Source: Ylistrum balloti (lineage: Eukaryota). Taken from it: 64,000 bases of DNA. Below the pieces are notes generated by a model. It ran no database searches. It was not told where the DNA came from and saw only the letters and a program-made list of their open reading frames with translations. Numbering within the stretch: the first letter of the stretch is position 1; every line of letters begins with the position of its first letter. The stretch spans positions 1,240,001 to 1,304,000 of the forward strand of contig NW_026782484.1 of NCBI RefSeq assembly GCF_031769215.1, given 5' to 3'. Made by a program: the position numbers and the translations under genes. Below, piece by piece: positions 51,750 through 64,000 of this stretch.

Positions 51750-51900
51750 GCCACAGGGGAAGATCGGAGGTGCATGGTTTGGTGTTCCCTATCTGTGGCA
51801 GTTCGTGCTTTTCTGGAAGCTGAGAAAGGGACCAGTCTGAGCTTTCATAGTTGTGTCCTTGGGCAAGACACTTAACTCAAATTGCTCTGGCATGCTCGGG
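51750..51900 (+). mobile_element. CORE-SINE-like relic with a structured, non-tRNA-looking head
   Basis: GTTGTGTCCTTGGGCAAGACACTTAAC (51850-51876) resembles the CORE/MIR domain. Upstream, GCCACAG...CTGTGGC form a perfect 7-bp complement. Confidence 0.45.
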
Positions 51901-54900
51901 CCTCCAGTATGTTGTTCAGAAAGGTAGCTACTATTAACTACAATTTGACCCTGCTGCAAAATTACCTTGGCTATTCACAGGGTGAAAACCTGAAAAACAA
52001 ACAGACTAGTAAAGTAACTATCTTGTTTAGTCACTATAAAGCACTCATTGTGTCAGCTAAAATATTCATTATAAATCACGGTTTTAATTGATTTCTTTTT
52101 AACACAGTATTAATCATATATTGAAATGTTATAGCATTATCTTTCAAGGTTTTTAATTAGCATCTGATATATATATATATATAGCAGGAGGACTGAATTA
52201 CAATTTTTGTGTCAATTTCATAAATAAGTGTTTAGAATATAGTTAGTACTTGTATATTGGTAAAGTATGTACTTGTACTTTGGGTTGAGTAATCAGTGCG
52301 TATTTATATAGAGCTTAATAATTAACTAATACATGTCAGGTGATGATTAAGATTTATAAATATATCAGTGATACAACTGGTTATAATGAGGGCAAGCTTT
52401 CATACACTAAACCATCAACACAATATTGTAACAGGGATTAATCTTCAGTATCAAAATAATTGTTACGCATCCTGAAGCATACGGTATATGCAGGCAATAA
52501 TATAAGAGACAGCTAAACTAATTCAGTATTTTCATCTTTGGCTTATCAGCTTTCACCAAAACTAAAGTGTCATTTTCATATAATCAAATTATCACATATC
52601 ATCATGAGTCAAAATGCATGTATATCTCTATTTTTAGGTCATCTGATCCGATAGGTCAGATGACCTAAAGGGTCCACCATGAGTTGTGCATAAACTTTGT
52701 CTTTAAAACCCTATTCCTCTTTCATACTTATATGGATTTCAACCAAAATTTGGTCTGAAACATCATTGATAGTGGGGAATCATTTCTTAAATTCAAAACT
52801 TGATTTGATTCCTAGGGACCTTGGGGGCGGATGGGGCCCCAAATGAGAAAGTTAGTCAATGTTTTGCTTCAAAATGCTCCTCTTTCTTAATGCTTGAATA
52901 AATTTTAACAAAAATTAGTCTAAGGCATCATTGAGAGTGGAGAATCTCTTCTTAAAATCAGATCATATATGTTAAATTCTTTAAATGACTTCTTCTCAAT
53001 AACCAAAAGGCGAAGGATGTAGAGCTTCAAACTTTGTTGATATGAATGACATTGTCCCACTTTCAAGGTCACAGGTATCTAATATCTTAAAAGGTTTAAG
53101 TAACATATTCTCATTAACTAAAAGGACTAGGGTGCTGATGTTGGACCACCTTCAAGGTCTGAGGAGTCAGATGTGTTGAAATGCTTAAGCAATGGAAAGG
53201 CCAAGGGTCTTGGTATTGGGCCTGTGGCTTGCTTTTTCAGCAAGTAATACATCTGGAGTAATGGCAATTGTGTAGTACATGTATAAAGAATATGATTTCA
53301 AGTTTGCAGAATATGTCTTGATGAACCAACAATGTCTTCTATGTAAGCTGTAGAATAGTTGAGCATACATTTTAGGCCTATTGTGCCTCTTTCATATATA
53401 AAGGTCTTCATAGTCAAATGACTGTTAAGGCCCAGGGTCTTCTGCTTCATTATTCACTATTGTACTGCCAGTTAAATTTTGTAAGTTAAGGATGTACTTC
53501 TTTGAGTGATGAAAAAAATTGAGGTTTAATCTTTTGTGTTAGTGATGATTTTTTGAAAGTCTAGATTTTAGAAAATAAATTAAAAGCAAAAAATCAATAT
53601 GTTGCAGTACTTTTTTAGGTTACCTAGGACCTGCGGTCTCATGGTGACCTATATCGATCATCTCTGGAGGCGTGCTTATGCATCCATCAAAATTTTTAAC
53701 ATTTTCGACTTCTTTTCAAAAACCCCTTAAACAATTTCATTAAAATTTTGCAGAAACTTTCCCTGGCCTAAGATAAACCAAAAGAGTGAATAATATGTTC
53801 CCCACCCTACAGGGGCCTAAGTGGTGGGGCCAAAAGGGGTCAAATTAAATCTGATTTCAAAAATCTTCTTCAGAACAACCAGATTTATGGTAGAATAAAA
53901 AAGGATGGAAAGTTTACTGTAGTTTATATGGTGAAAATAGATTTTTGAGCATAATTTGTTTGATTTCTATTGGAAATATTTGAAATTTGGTTAGAATTAT
54001 TAGTGAAGGATGATGGCTAGATGGTGTGCATATATTGACCCTGACTGACCCCCAGGGGCTGATGAGCAGGGCCAAAAGGGGTCAAATTGACTCAGATTTA
54101 ATGAAATTTTATCAACACCCAGATATGGTAGAATCAAGAGTTCTTCGTGGATGGAAGTGTCTTAAGGTGCTATAATTACCAAAATGGGTCTCACATTTCT
54201 TCCTGGGGAGGAGGTTAACTTTTTCTGTGTTTTTTAATAGAAAAATTGTTTGTATTAGTATAGGATGAGGGTTTCCATGGCATGCATGTATAGATACTGG
54301 CTTACTATCACCATTGTCACAATTTCTTTTTCATGACACTTGAAAGCTACTTACCCTTTAACTTTTATAATCAATATTGCGTATCACACTTGACTGTCAA
54401 GGCCACTAGGCCTATTGTTTCTGACACAAGTATCAGAATATGTGTGCAGGAAATTATTCATTTTCACATGTTGTTCAGAATTTTTTCCTGAGGAACAGAT
54501 GTTCATTGTTATTTTCAGGGCAACCATTTGTAAGATAAAGTTTAGATTTGAATGAATGAGTTCTTAACTGCATAGCATTCTTTAAAAATATCTAAAATCC
54601 TTTATTTGACCGTCTTCTTACATGTAACTTTTTTTTAAAGATTTCATGCTTGAATAAAAGAGAGGAGGTGGCTGTGATTTTTTTTTTTTTTTTCGCAATT
54701 TCCATCAAAATAGCAAAGTTGTTCACCAAGTCTGAATTTATGAATTTGAAATCTGTGATTTGGTGATAATTTGTATAAAATTTAGGTGAAATCTACACTA
54801 GGCTGAATTATAGTCAAGAGAAGTACCTTAGTAATGAAAAAACATTGAAATTGTAGACATGTTTAACCTAATAACCATGCCATCAAAAAGTCTAGTCCAT

Positions 54901-56087
54901 AGGCAAAATATCTTCAGTACATCATGTAAGGTGCCCTTTCTCATTTTGTGTAGATAACAAAAGTCTATAAAAAAAAGTAAGTCCAAAATATGATGCAATT
55001 AATTTTACATTGAACTAGGTCCTACTCCAGTCAAGCATCACAGGAGTATATCCTTAATCAAACTACAGTAAACATGAAGGAAATTAACACTTGATGCATA
55101 TTGTACTCAAATCATTTGTCTGCATAAATTTCCCCCACAGGTTTGGTTTTGTGGCATACAGGTTGATGGTACATGGTCTGTCAAATCAGGTATCTAAAAT
55201 GAATTTAGTAATTGATTACAGGCTGAGAAATTGATCACAGACAGAGTAATTAATCAGCACCATGTAATTAAAATGCCATAAAAACATTTGGTCATATAAA
55301 TTAAAAAGAACTGTATATTTATTAACAACTGAAAGATGTAAGACCATGTTGCACATTGAAGCTGAAAAAACTGAGACAAGGTCATAAGACTAGTAATTGT
55401 AGAAAAAATGGCGCTCAAGGGATATAACTCTTGTTGAGATATTTTGTAATGATTTCTCATTCATCAGTTATCATTATTATGTACTACAGCATCAACATGA
55501 CACTTGTTGAGAAACATAGCAAACACAAATAAGAAAAAAAGCAAACAGTTGCAGTGATATCAAAAGGATATAAAATTACTTCTCATTTGCTGAGTAAAAC
55601 CATATTGTGGTCTGGTTATCTGCTACATATAGTACATGGCATTAGCCGACAAATGAATGATTTTTCTCAGTGAATGTTAGATTTGATGTAGTATGAATCA
55701 TAAAACCACAAGATTTTTGGAATACTAGTTTTTTGGTAAATGTATATAAATATATCAAACTAGAAAGTTTTTTTATTCAAATCATCAAACAAGAGGCAAT
55801 GTTCACCACTAAAGCTTGAAATATTATCATCATATGGTGTGTTTTCCAGTTCCGCATGGTGGCATATTCAACGTAGATATATTAGACAATTCAGTCGTGT
55901 ACACTGTGGACTTCTCTTGTATGAAAATACTGACTTTATTGTATATTTGTGACTGGTAAAAAATATTTTTCTTGAGAGGGTTACAATTTAATTTAAGGTA
56001 AATCATGTATGTTAATGATAATATGATCTATTAACACATTCACATTATTTTTACAGATCTGCCTGTGTTTGGTTGTGAGAGGCAGTG

Positions 56088-59000
56088 ATGTCTGCCCAAG
56101 ACAACCCTGTGTCCGTCATAAAGGAGGGATTCCTGTGGAAACGAGGTAAGACATGCATCTATAGAATAGAAGTTCTTGTATGAAGGTAGAAATTAGTGTG
56201 ACACGGTTGTTAAAACATTTTTGAAAAGGGGCACAAAAGATGATAATTATGAACTGTACCATATTTTCTGGGTTATAAGTCACATAGCCGATTATTACTG
56301 ATTTTTTTCTTTTGATCCACATATAAGCCGCACTGAAATATAAGCCGACCATTTCTTATGATATGATAACCACTATTGTTGACGTTTGACATGCTGGTGA
56401 CAGATAAGGGAAGGCAGTTGTTATGTAGTGGTAAGGGTTCTGTTGACCAAAGTTCATTGATATAACCAACAACTTAGGACAGCTTATCAAGATCATTGGT
56501 GATACATTTGATAAAGTTTGCAAATGAATTATACACAGATAATCCTTTATTTTATTGATGTAGCTCAAAAAACGGAAAAAGCAAATATTGGACTTGTTTG
56601 GCTTGGGGTGCATTCACAGATTATCTGTGCACAGATATAGGGCCTGACATTATGTACAGTTTGCTAAACAATTTCTCCATTATTTTCTGTACTGTTAAAT
56701 ATTAATGAAGGCCCTTGCATGCTGAAAAAATTCTTATAGTCCCATATTATTTCTTCATGTAAGTTACAGGAAGCAATTCATATTGTAAACAAACTTGACA
56801 GTCATTCTAGAATTTGACCTATAACCTGAGGACCTATTGATACCAGACTATTGTAAACTTCCGCTATGGCTGTGAAGTGCCCACGAAAATCCAAAAGAAA
56901 TTATTGTATTTCATATCAAAAGGTATGATTAATTAAATCCACAAGAATGTTATTTTTATTTCAATCTTCAAATCATCTTGTATATGATTGCAAATGACAG
57001 TTCTAGACAATCTGTTTCAGTCACAAACATGTGATTAACTGGTACTAGTAAAAAACTCATGACAGTCTCTACTCTAAATGTATGATGTTTTACATGTCGA
57101 GTAACTTATGACGGCTGTATCCCGGAACGCATACATATCATAAACATGTACCTGGAACTTTGTTTTTACAGTGATTATAGTCTATATCATTAATGTTAGT
57201 TCGGTTTATCTATGTTTTTACCTGTGGTTCTCACCTGTACATGTATAAAAAAAATTCAGCCAAAAAAGGAAATAAAATAAAATAATTAAAGACGTTATAT
57301 GATAAAAAAATATATGGTGACATAATGTACATGTAATTATTATGCAAATTTTAATGATGTTATATTATTTTTGTTGTATATTCCAAAATAATATAAACTA
57401 TTGTGATATCATTTCCAATATATAATTTTTGATTATAATATTTTTGGGTTCAGATGACATTTTTCCAGTGAAATGTTTTAATATGAAAACTGTTCACTTA
57501 TCTTAGTTCAGTCTTTTAAAACATGATTCAAAGTTAATTCAATTTATTTCTCTTTTTACAAATGTACATAGAGAATGTCATACAAAACACATATACAACA
57601 ATTAAAGGTTCACAGAGGCAGAAACATTAATGATATATATAACTGATGTCATGGAGGACAAACAATTGAAAATATAAATCTTCTGAATTCACACATTTGT
57701 TTTAGTAATTAATATTATTTGTATTCATCAATGATTGGAATTTAATCATTTTTATTCTTTTACAATAATATTCACCTAAGTAATACTTCCTTTTACTGAG
57801 AAATCTAGAACATTTTAATAAATAATGAAATTCATCTCCAATTTTATAATCATTACAATACGTACAGAATCTTTCTTCCTGCGCAATACCATTCCATCTA
57901 CCCGTTCCAATTATAAACTTATGATTAGTTGTTCTTTGCATATCCCATATATAGCTTAAACCACATTCATTGAAGATTTTTCTGATATATAACAGCCACG
58001 GACTAGTTATACCATTTTAAATGTTACTTTTATATAAAACAGTGTATAAAATATAAGAGTACTTGCTATCATGTGCCTGTAACAATTTAGACCAATAGGT
58101 AATCATGCGGACCTTTACATGATTATGTAAATGATTATGCGTAGATTTATTATTTATCAATTTGACATAGAAAGAAGATGATTCAATTTTTTAGAAGGAC
58201 ATGTGCATGTATACATGTACTTTCTGTCTGCAATACTGAAGTATTAAGAGACAAAATATCAATAATTAATTGTTGATTTATAATGATACATCTGTAATAT
58301 CTGTAAAAATTACAGGTAGATCCACAGGTAAAATATCTCAGGTAAATACAGCATCTATATGAAATAGATTATAATTACCCTCCCTTTGATGTTTCTACCT
58401 ATTGTCATGGACATGGATGCGTTCCGGGAACACCCCCTTATGACAGACGCTGTTTAGTTGCAATCAGCGCAGTAATGACTGATAATTAAACAGCTGGCCA
58501 GCAGCCTCTTATGTTATAAGAGTATACCGTCTCATATTGGTGTACTGATACGCTTCCCGTTTTGTTTTTGTTTTGTTTTGTGTTTTTTTTTTGTCATCCT
58601 GCCCATTTTTTATTTTTGGTCACATATAAGCTACATGCGCGACTTACAAGGAAAAAAGATGGTGCTTATAATCTGGAAAAAAATGGTTATCTATTTGGCC
58701 ACGAAATGGAAAGAATCACATATTGACAGACAATAAATGTATAGGATGTAGCAGTACAGGATTGTGTGTTAAAAAAAGTAGGCATTTATAATAACAGATG
58801 TTATAGAAATGCAACAAAAAGTATTGTAGTGTATAATTAGGTTAGATGGAAAAGTTGTAGAAACAAGTCTAGATTTAACAATGGTAGATGCTAGGTGAGA
58901 TTGATTTAATATCATGCATAACATACGAGGTAAGAATTTGCAGAGCACTACTGCTGTTGTAACTCTGTGATTGCTAAGAAAATAATCTTTATAATTTGGG

Positions 59001-62000
59001 ACTGTAATGCTGTACTGTAATCTGTCCCTAATACTACTCTCTGAGCACATTTCTGGATCAGTATAGTGGTCTTGAAATCATTGTAATTCCATGCAATGAA
59101 TGATGAGAAGATGGAAATTAAGCTTGTTCAGATATTGATCGTTACAAAAGCCCTAAGAAACATTAGTGACATGTCATTTAACAAATTCGCTCAGTGGTGT
59201 CATTAGCCAAGCAGACCCAACTACAGATATATAAATATGCTTCTGAGTGTAAGATGAACACAGTGACTTCTTGGGTTATAGCCATGTGACACTGTTCAAG
59301 AAGTGCTTCAGTCAATGTCCTTTGTTTGTGTACATCATGTACAGTACTGTATATGTGTTTAGTTTGGGTCAGACTCATCAGAAACCTGAATGTTTTTATT
59401 TATAGACTTAAACATCCTTTCTGGAAACCATACAATTTACAATCAACAATTGTAGTTGACTAGACCTTATCATGAGATAATTTTGATAATTTCTAACCTG
59501 TAAACTGCATTAACCTTTGAATCAAAGAGATGTACAATAAACTTATTTTGTTCACTTGTGTATCATTTTTCAGAATTCTTAAAAGTACACAGTGTTATAA
59601 AATGGAAAAATATCTTATCAAGAGTTCTATCTACTAGTATTCATATGAATTTTTACTGTACGTGTAATAGATCTGTGCAATATACATTTGCCATAAACTA
59701 GCTTAACAAATAATTGCTGAGTGGTTTCACAAGTAATTATGGGATATTGGAAACTTTGCCTTGTAAATTCTGTGCTACAGCCGCAAGCAATGATTAGTCT
59801 GAAATGTTGAGAGGTGTATTGTGTTATAACTTTTTAAGACTGATGGCTGAGGAAACCCTTAATAACATATACATGTAGTCTAGTTTGAAATTTCAAACCA
59901 GTCTTGTTATGTACTGTCAGTCTTGTTTTAATATAACCACCTGCTTTATACATGTTACAGTTTGTTTAAGCTCAAAATTAACTGAAGACATTGTTGTTAT
60001 TTTTCTTCAACTTTTTCATAAAAGTTTCATTTCAAGTTATTTCAGTGTGGTGACTGTTCCTTTAGAGTTGCTTTCAAATGTATTGTTGTATCAAGTTGTA
60101 GACCACTTCAGTGTTTATAGATTTACAATCATCCTATATCCTATTGCCTGTAAGTTTTAGAACTCTGTAAACGTTATGTCAGAGGAAATGTACTGATCTA
60201 AAAAAGTTGTACGAGGAAGGAAGTGTCTCCTTGTCTTAGACATGTTAGCTTTACACCTGCTACAGACTACAGTTATCATGTCTACCCTTCCTACAACAGT
60301 TTTGTTTCTGAGCTGTATAATGATGTTAAAATCCACAACAGATGTCTCCTGGACACTTTCATGTGGCTTTTAGGGGGTCTTGTGACTTCCTCTATAGGGA
60401 TGGTCAAAATATAATGATACATAGTATAGTGCTACTTATATAACAGCCGGACCTTAAAAACTGTTTATGCAGAACTTTTAATGACTGGGTGTAATAGAGG
60501 TGTTCATTGATAACTGTAATTTATGTATACCACTGCTTCCTTTTTAGTCTGGAAAAAGGATGACTCATAATTATGTACATTTATATGGCTTTAGACATAA
60601 GGTAGAAAAAATCTTTTCAAAAATTGCCAGCTGATATATTTGACATGACTTCCAATGTTTCTTTAATTATGTTACTAGTATCTGATGGAATTTTATATTT
60701 ATGTTGAAGGGAGTAATGTATGCTACATTTCATTTGTATGCTTGGTTATGTTAATTGGTTTTACCAACACATATTTTTGTGGCCTTAAGGGTTTTTTTTT
60801 GTAGCATGATGTCAAAAAACTTCAACGATAAAGAATTGGCCTTTCATAGTAAATGTTGAATGGCTACCTTTCATAGTAAATGTTGAATGGCTATGTAAAA
60901 CTATGTAAAAAATATAGGATGTGATCACACAGTTGGTAATAGTTACAGTGATGGTAACCTGTTAAGGTAGAAACCTGATTTGTCAACAATTATACAATAT
61001 GTACTTAGATATCCTTTATATAGATTTACTTAGAAACAATCTTGTTTTCCAGGAATTGTTTATGACTGTTTAAGTGGTCATATGGTTTTTGCCTATTAAT
61101 CAATAACATGAGGAAGAAGAAATTTTATTCATTTTCTGAATATTTACTGTTATATACATGTATGTCAAATGTGGTTAATTATAAGTGTCAACACTGTTTA
61201 AAAATCCAATAGGTTAATCTTTTGTTTATATGTACATTAAGCTGTTATACATGTACAAAATTGATATGTTGGATGAAGTGATGAAGTTTGCATGTTAACA
61301 ACAGTGATATGTTTTGATGTAAAGGTCCTAATGATATATATTTGATCGACTACTAAAAGATTGTTTGTTGTTTCTTCAGGAGAACATATAAAGAACTGGC
61401 GGAAGCGGTACTTTATCTTGCGTGACGATGGATCCTTTCTTGGCTTCAGGACAAAGCCAGAACATGGTCTCAGTGACCCACTTAATGACTTTACTGTCAG
61501 AGGTAACATTTAGTAATCTGTTTCCAAACTTGTATTTGGCTTTAAAGTGTGAAAGTATAGCTATAGGCAGCTCACAATTGTAGTTATTGAATAATGGTGA
61601 AATGTCACTGCCAGAGGTATAGAGGTCAAGGTCCCAATTACTGTCAACAATTTTAATGACATGACTCAAGTGACTTAATTAGTGATGGGGATTTTATGTA
61701 AGTTTACATTTTAGATAAATTTATGTTTCAGTGTTTCAAGGTCATTGTCAATATTACTGATTATAGAAAACAATCATCAACAGATTCGCTTGTCTGATTC
61801 CTTGAGACATGAATAAAATTAACACAAAGGTAAAACAATATCAGATATTGGTTACATTTTCTTCTGGTTGGAAATGTATTTTGAATAGATTTTGAAGTTC
61901 TTACATGACAGCCATTTAAGAATGTACGTGTATAAAGTTAAAGTGTATTTGCACCAAGGTGTAAAGTGTACTGTGAGAAAGTATTAAATTCATAAACTTT

Positions 62001-63889
62001 TAAGCTATATACATAATCTTATCTATGTACACTAAGGTTGAAAGTACTGTGGTGAGATGGCGATAAAATTTGAGTGAAAACAGGTAAAATTAGTGATTTT
62101 CCATCCATTAGGCTTGTTACTATCCCATGACAGTCAATTCAGCTACACTTTGTTACTATCCCATGACAGTCAATTCAGCTACACTTTGTTACTATCCCAT
62201 GACAGTCAATTCAGCTACACTTTGTTACTATCCCATGACAGTCAATTCAGCTACACTTTGATTTAAACCTTGGTATGTAATAATGTGTACAAGAGTTTAT
62301 GGGCCCTCTCATCTCTGTTTAGTACCTGCCCTCTGTGGCGTATCTAGATGGCTTCCTTGACCTGCTGCAGGAAAAGGTTTGGGAGATATATATTAAGAGA
62401 GTAGCTCTAGCTCATTTCACTATATCTAGAAATGTGTCAACACAATGATACTTGTGTGCATTGGAATAGGTGCAATCATGTTAAAAAAAACAAATTCTTG
62501 ATTAAATATTTTCATTTGCAGGTTAGCTTTGATACTGCCAAAAACAAAATTAATGTGCTGTTAATAGAATTAACATCAATATTTTCATATTGTGATGTCA
62601 CAGTGAATCCTAAATCATCATAGATCGTACGACTTAATGATAATGAAATAAAAAGTGGGATTGCAAAATCCATTTCAGAAGCATGAAAAGGATTCAATGA
62701 TAAAAATTTCAAAACAAAATTGAGGAGGGTGTTTTAGAAAAAATACTTTGCACTACATGATTTTACTGTAGTAAACTGTTAAATCTGCATTTTGTTAGGC
62801 TTTGGACTTTAAACTATGTATTTCCAATTCATGTCTCTTTCTTAGAAAATGGAATATGTATACATTTGGTTACAGATTGTCAGCTTATGCCCCAGGAGAA
62901 GCCTCGTCCAAACACTTTTATAATACGTGGCCTGCAATGGACAACGGTAGTGGAGCGCATGTTCTGTGTGGAAAGTGCTGATGAGCGTCAGGAATGGATG
63001 GAGGCTATCCGTTCTATTGCTGCAAACATGAAGGGTGTAGATGATGGAGGAGCAACTGTCTTTGATAAATCAAAAAAGAAAGTGGTATGGTCATTTAATA
63101 ATTATGTGAACATAGGTACAATGTCCACTGAGCTTTAACATTAAATCCAAATTAATGGCTTGGCAGTTGTCCAGTATAATGTGTTATCTAGAAATGTGAA
63201 AGAGCTTTAACATTAAATCCAAATTAATGGCTTGGCAGTTGTCCAGGGGAAAATTTACTTTATTTTATATAGGAAAATTACATTTTTGAATATAGTTTAT
63301 ATTCTTTCAGAAACAGTTCAAACTTAGAATTTATTTTTTATTAACCAAAGCTGACTATTTGATGAGATGTACATATTGAGCATGACTGACCTCAAGGGGT
63401 TGATGGGTGGAGCCAAAAATGGGTCAAATTGACTGAAATTTCAAAGATTCTATATAGGAAAATTCAAATCTTAAGTGTAATTTCTTTTATTTCAAACTTG
63501 ATTAGAAGTCTTAGCATGGGACAGCAATTAATGTATACACAATTTACATCTGCATTATGTGTACAATATAGTTATATTACTTTTTCAACAAAATCGTTAC
63601 AATGACATGTTACAAGAAGCATTGTGACTCAGGTGAGCATTAAGGCCTCTTTTATTAGTTTAAGTGTAAAACAAAATGTTAGTATGTTCATATTATTTGT
63701 TACTCTCTGTCCATCTTAAAAACAGGACATAAGTTTGTAACTCATACTTTGCTTCAGACCTTGGATGACTTTGACTTCCTCAAGGTCTTGGGAAAAGGAA
63801 CATTTGGAAAGGTAATCCTGTGCAAGGAAAAGGCCAACAGTCAGCTGTATGCCATCAAAATTCTCAAAAAACAAGTTATTATCCAAAAA
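56088..63889 (+). CDS. AKT: RAC serine/threonine protein kinase Akt/PKB, 5' partial (PH domain and start of the kinase domain)
   Basis: Exons 56088-56145, 61380-61502, 62876-63084 and 63758-63889 join in frame: [84 protein letters not shown]. The gene continues beyond the window. Confidence 0.96.
56257..58688. mobile_element. Tc1/mariner (pogo/Tigger-like) non-autonomous element with degenerate TIRs
   Basis: Left end TA-ccatattttctgggttataag; right end cttataatctggaaaaaaatgg-tta; subterminal tataagccgcac motifs. No transposase ORF seen. Confidence 0.5.
57690..58050 (-). mobile_element. LINE 3' fragment (RT C-terminus with CCHC-like motif)
   Basis: Minus-strand translation [64 protein letters not shown], typical of invertebrate LINE ORF2 ends. 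Confidence 0.7.
62112..62262. repeat. 36-bp tandem repeat, about 4 copies, in an Akt intron
   Basis: Unit actttgttactatcccatgacagtcaattcagctac. Confidence 0.9.
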
Positions 63890-64000
63890 GTAAGTATGAG
63901 GTTTTTGTAATGAAAATTCATCATTTAAATTTATCCAATGAACATGTTTGCTACTGCAGTCAACTGTAAGAAACAATTTGTTAAGTTTTTTGTGAGGAAA

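Noticed and set aside
58760-60420. Possible decayed coding sequence in Akt intron 2
   Set aside because: Many stops in all frames and no motif I can identify.
63131-63246. 45-bp direct repeat after Akt exon 3, and a 27-bp duplication near 60840-60895
   Set aside because: Simple local duplications with no enclosed element or evident function.

Overview
AT-rich eukaryotic (metazoan) genomic DNA; the repeat families and proteins suggest a mollusc, probably a bivalve (inference). I could reconstruct four spliced genes exon by exon with consistent reading phase: BABAM2/BRE (+, 698-7974, 11 coding exons, 377 aa), GDPGP1 (-, 14570-22784, 11 coding exons, 373 aa), AP4M1 (-, 31993-44177, 13 coding exons, 445 aa) and the 5' part of Akt/PKB (+, ATG at 56088, running off the window). 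Three of the four genes need a non-standard intron: GC-AG introns in BABAM2 and GDPGP1, and a U12-type (minor spliceosome) first intron in AP4M1. AP4M1 and Akt appear head-to-head on a compact promoter. Introns and intergenic DNA hold large minisatellites (44, 66, 48, 35, 32, 21/38 and 49 bp units), HINE/MITE-like repeats, SINEs, LINE fragments and degenerate hammerhead-ribozyme motifs. The least explained segment is 24.7-27.6 kb: a CpG-rich island with two palindromic CRE sites directly upstream of a 200-codon orphan ORF, followed by exon-like pieces ending in a very acidic tail. I cannot name it and cannot demonstrate a new biological system from sequence alone. Most long ORFs in the supplied track are artefacts of tandem repeats.
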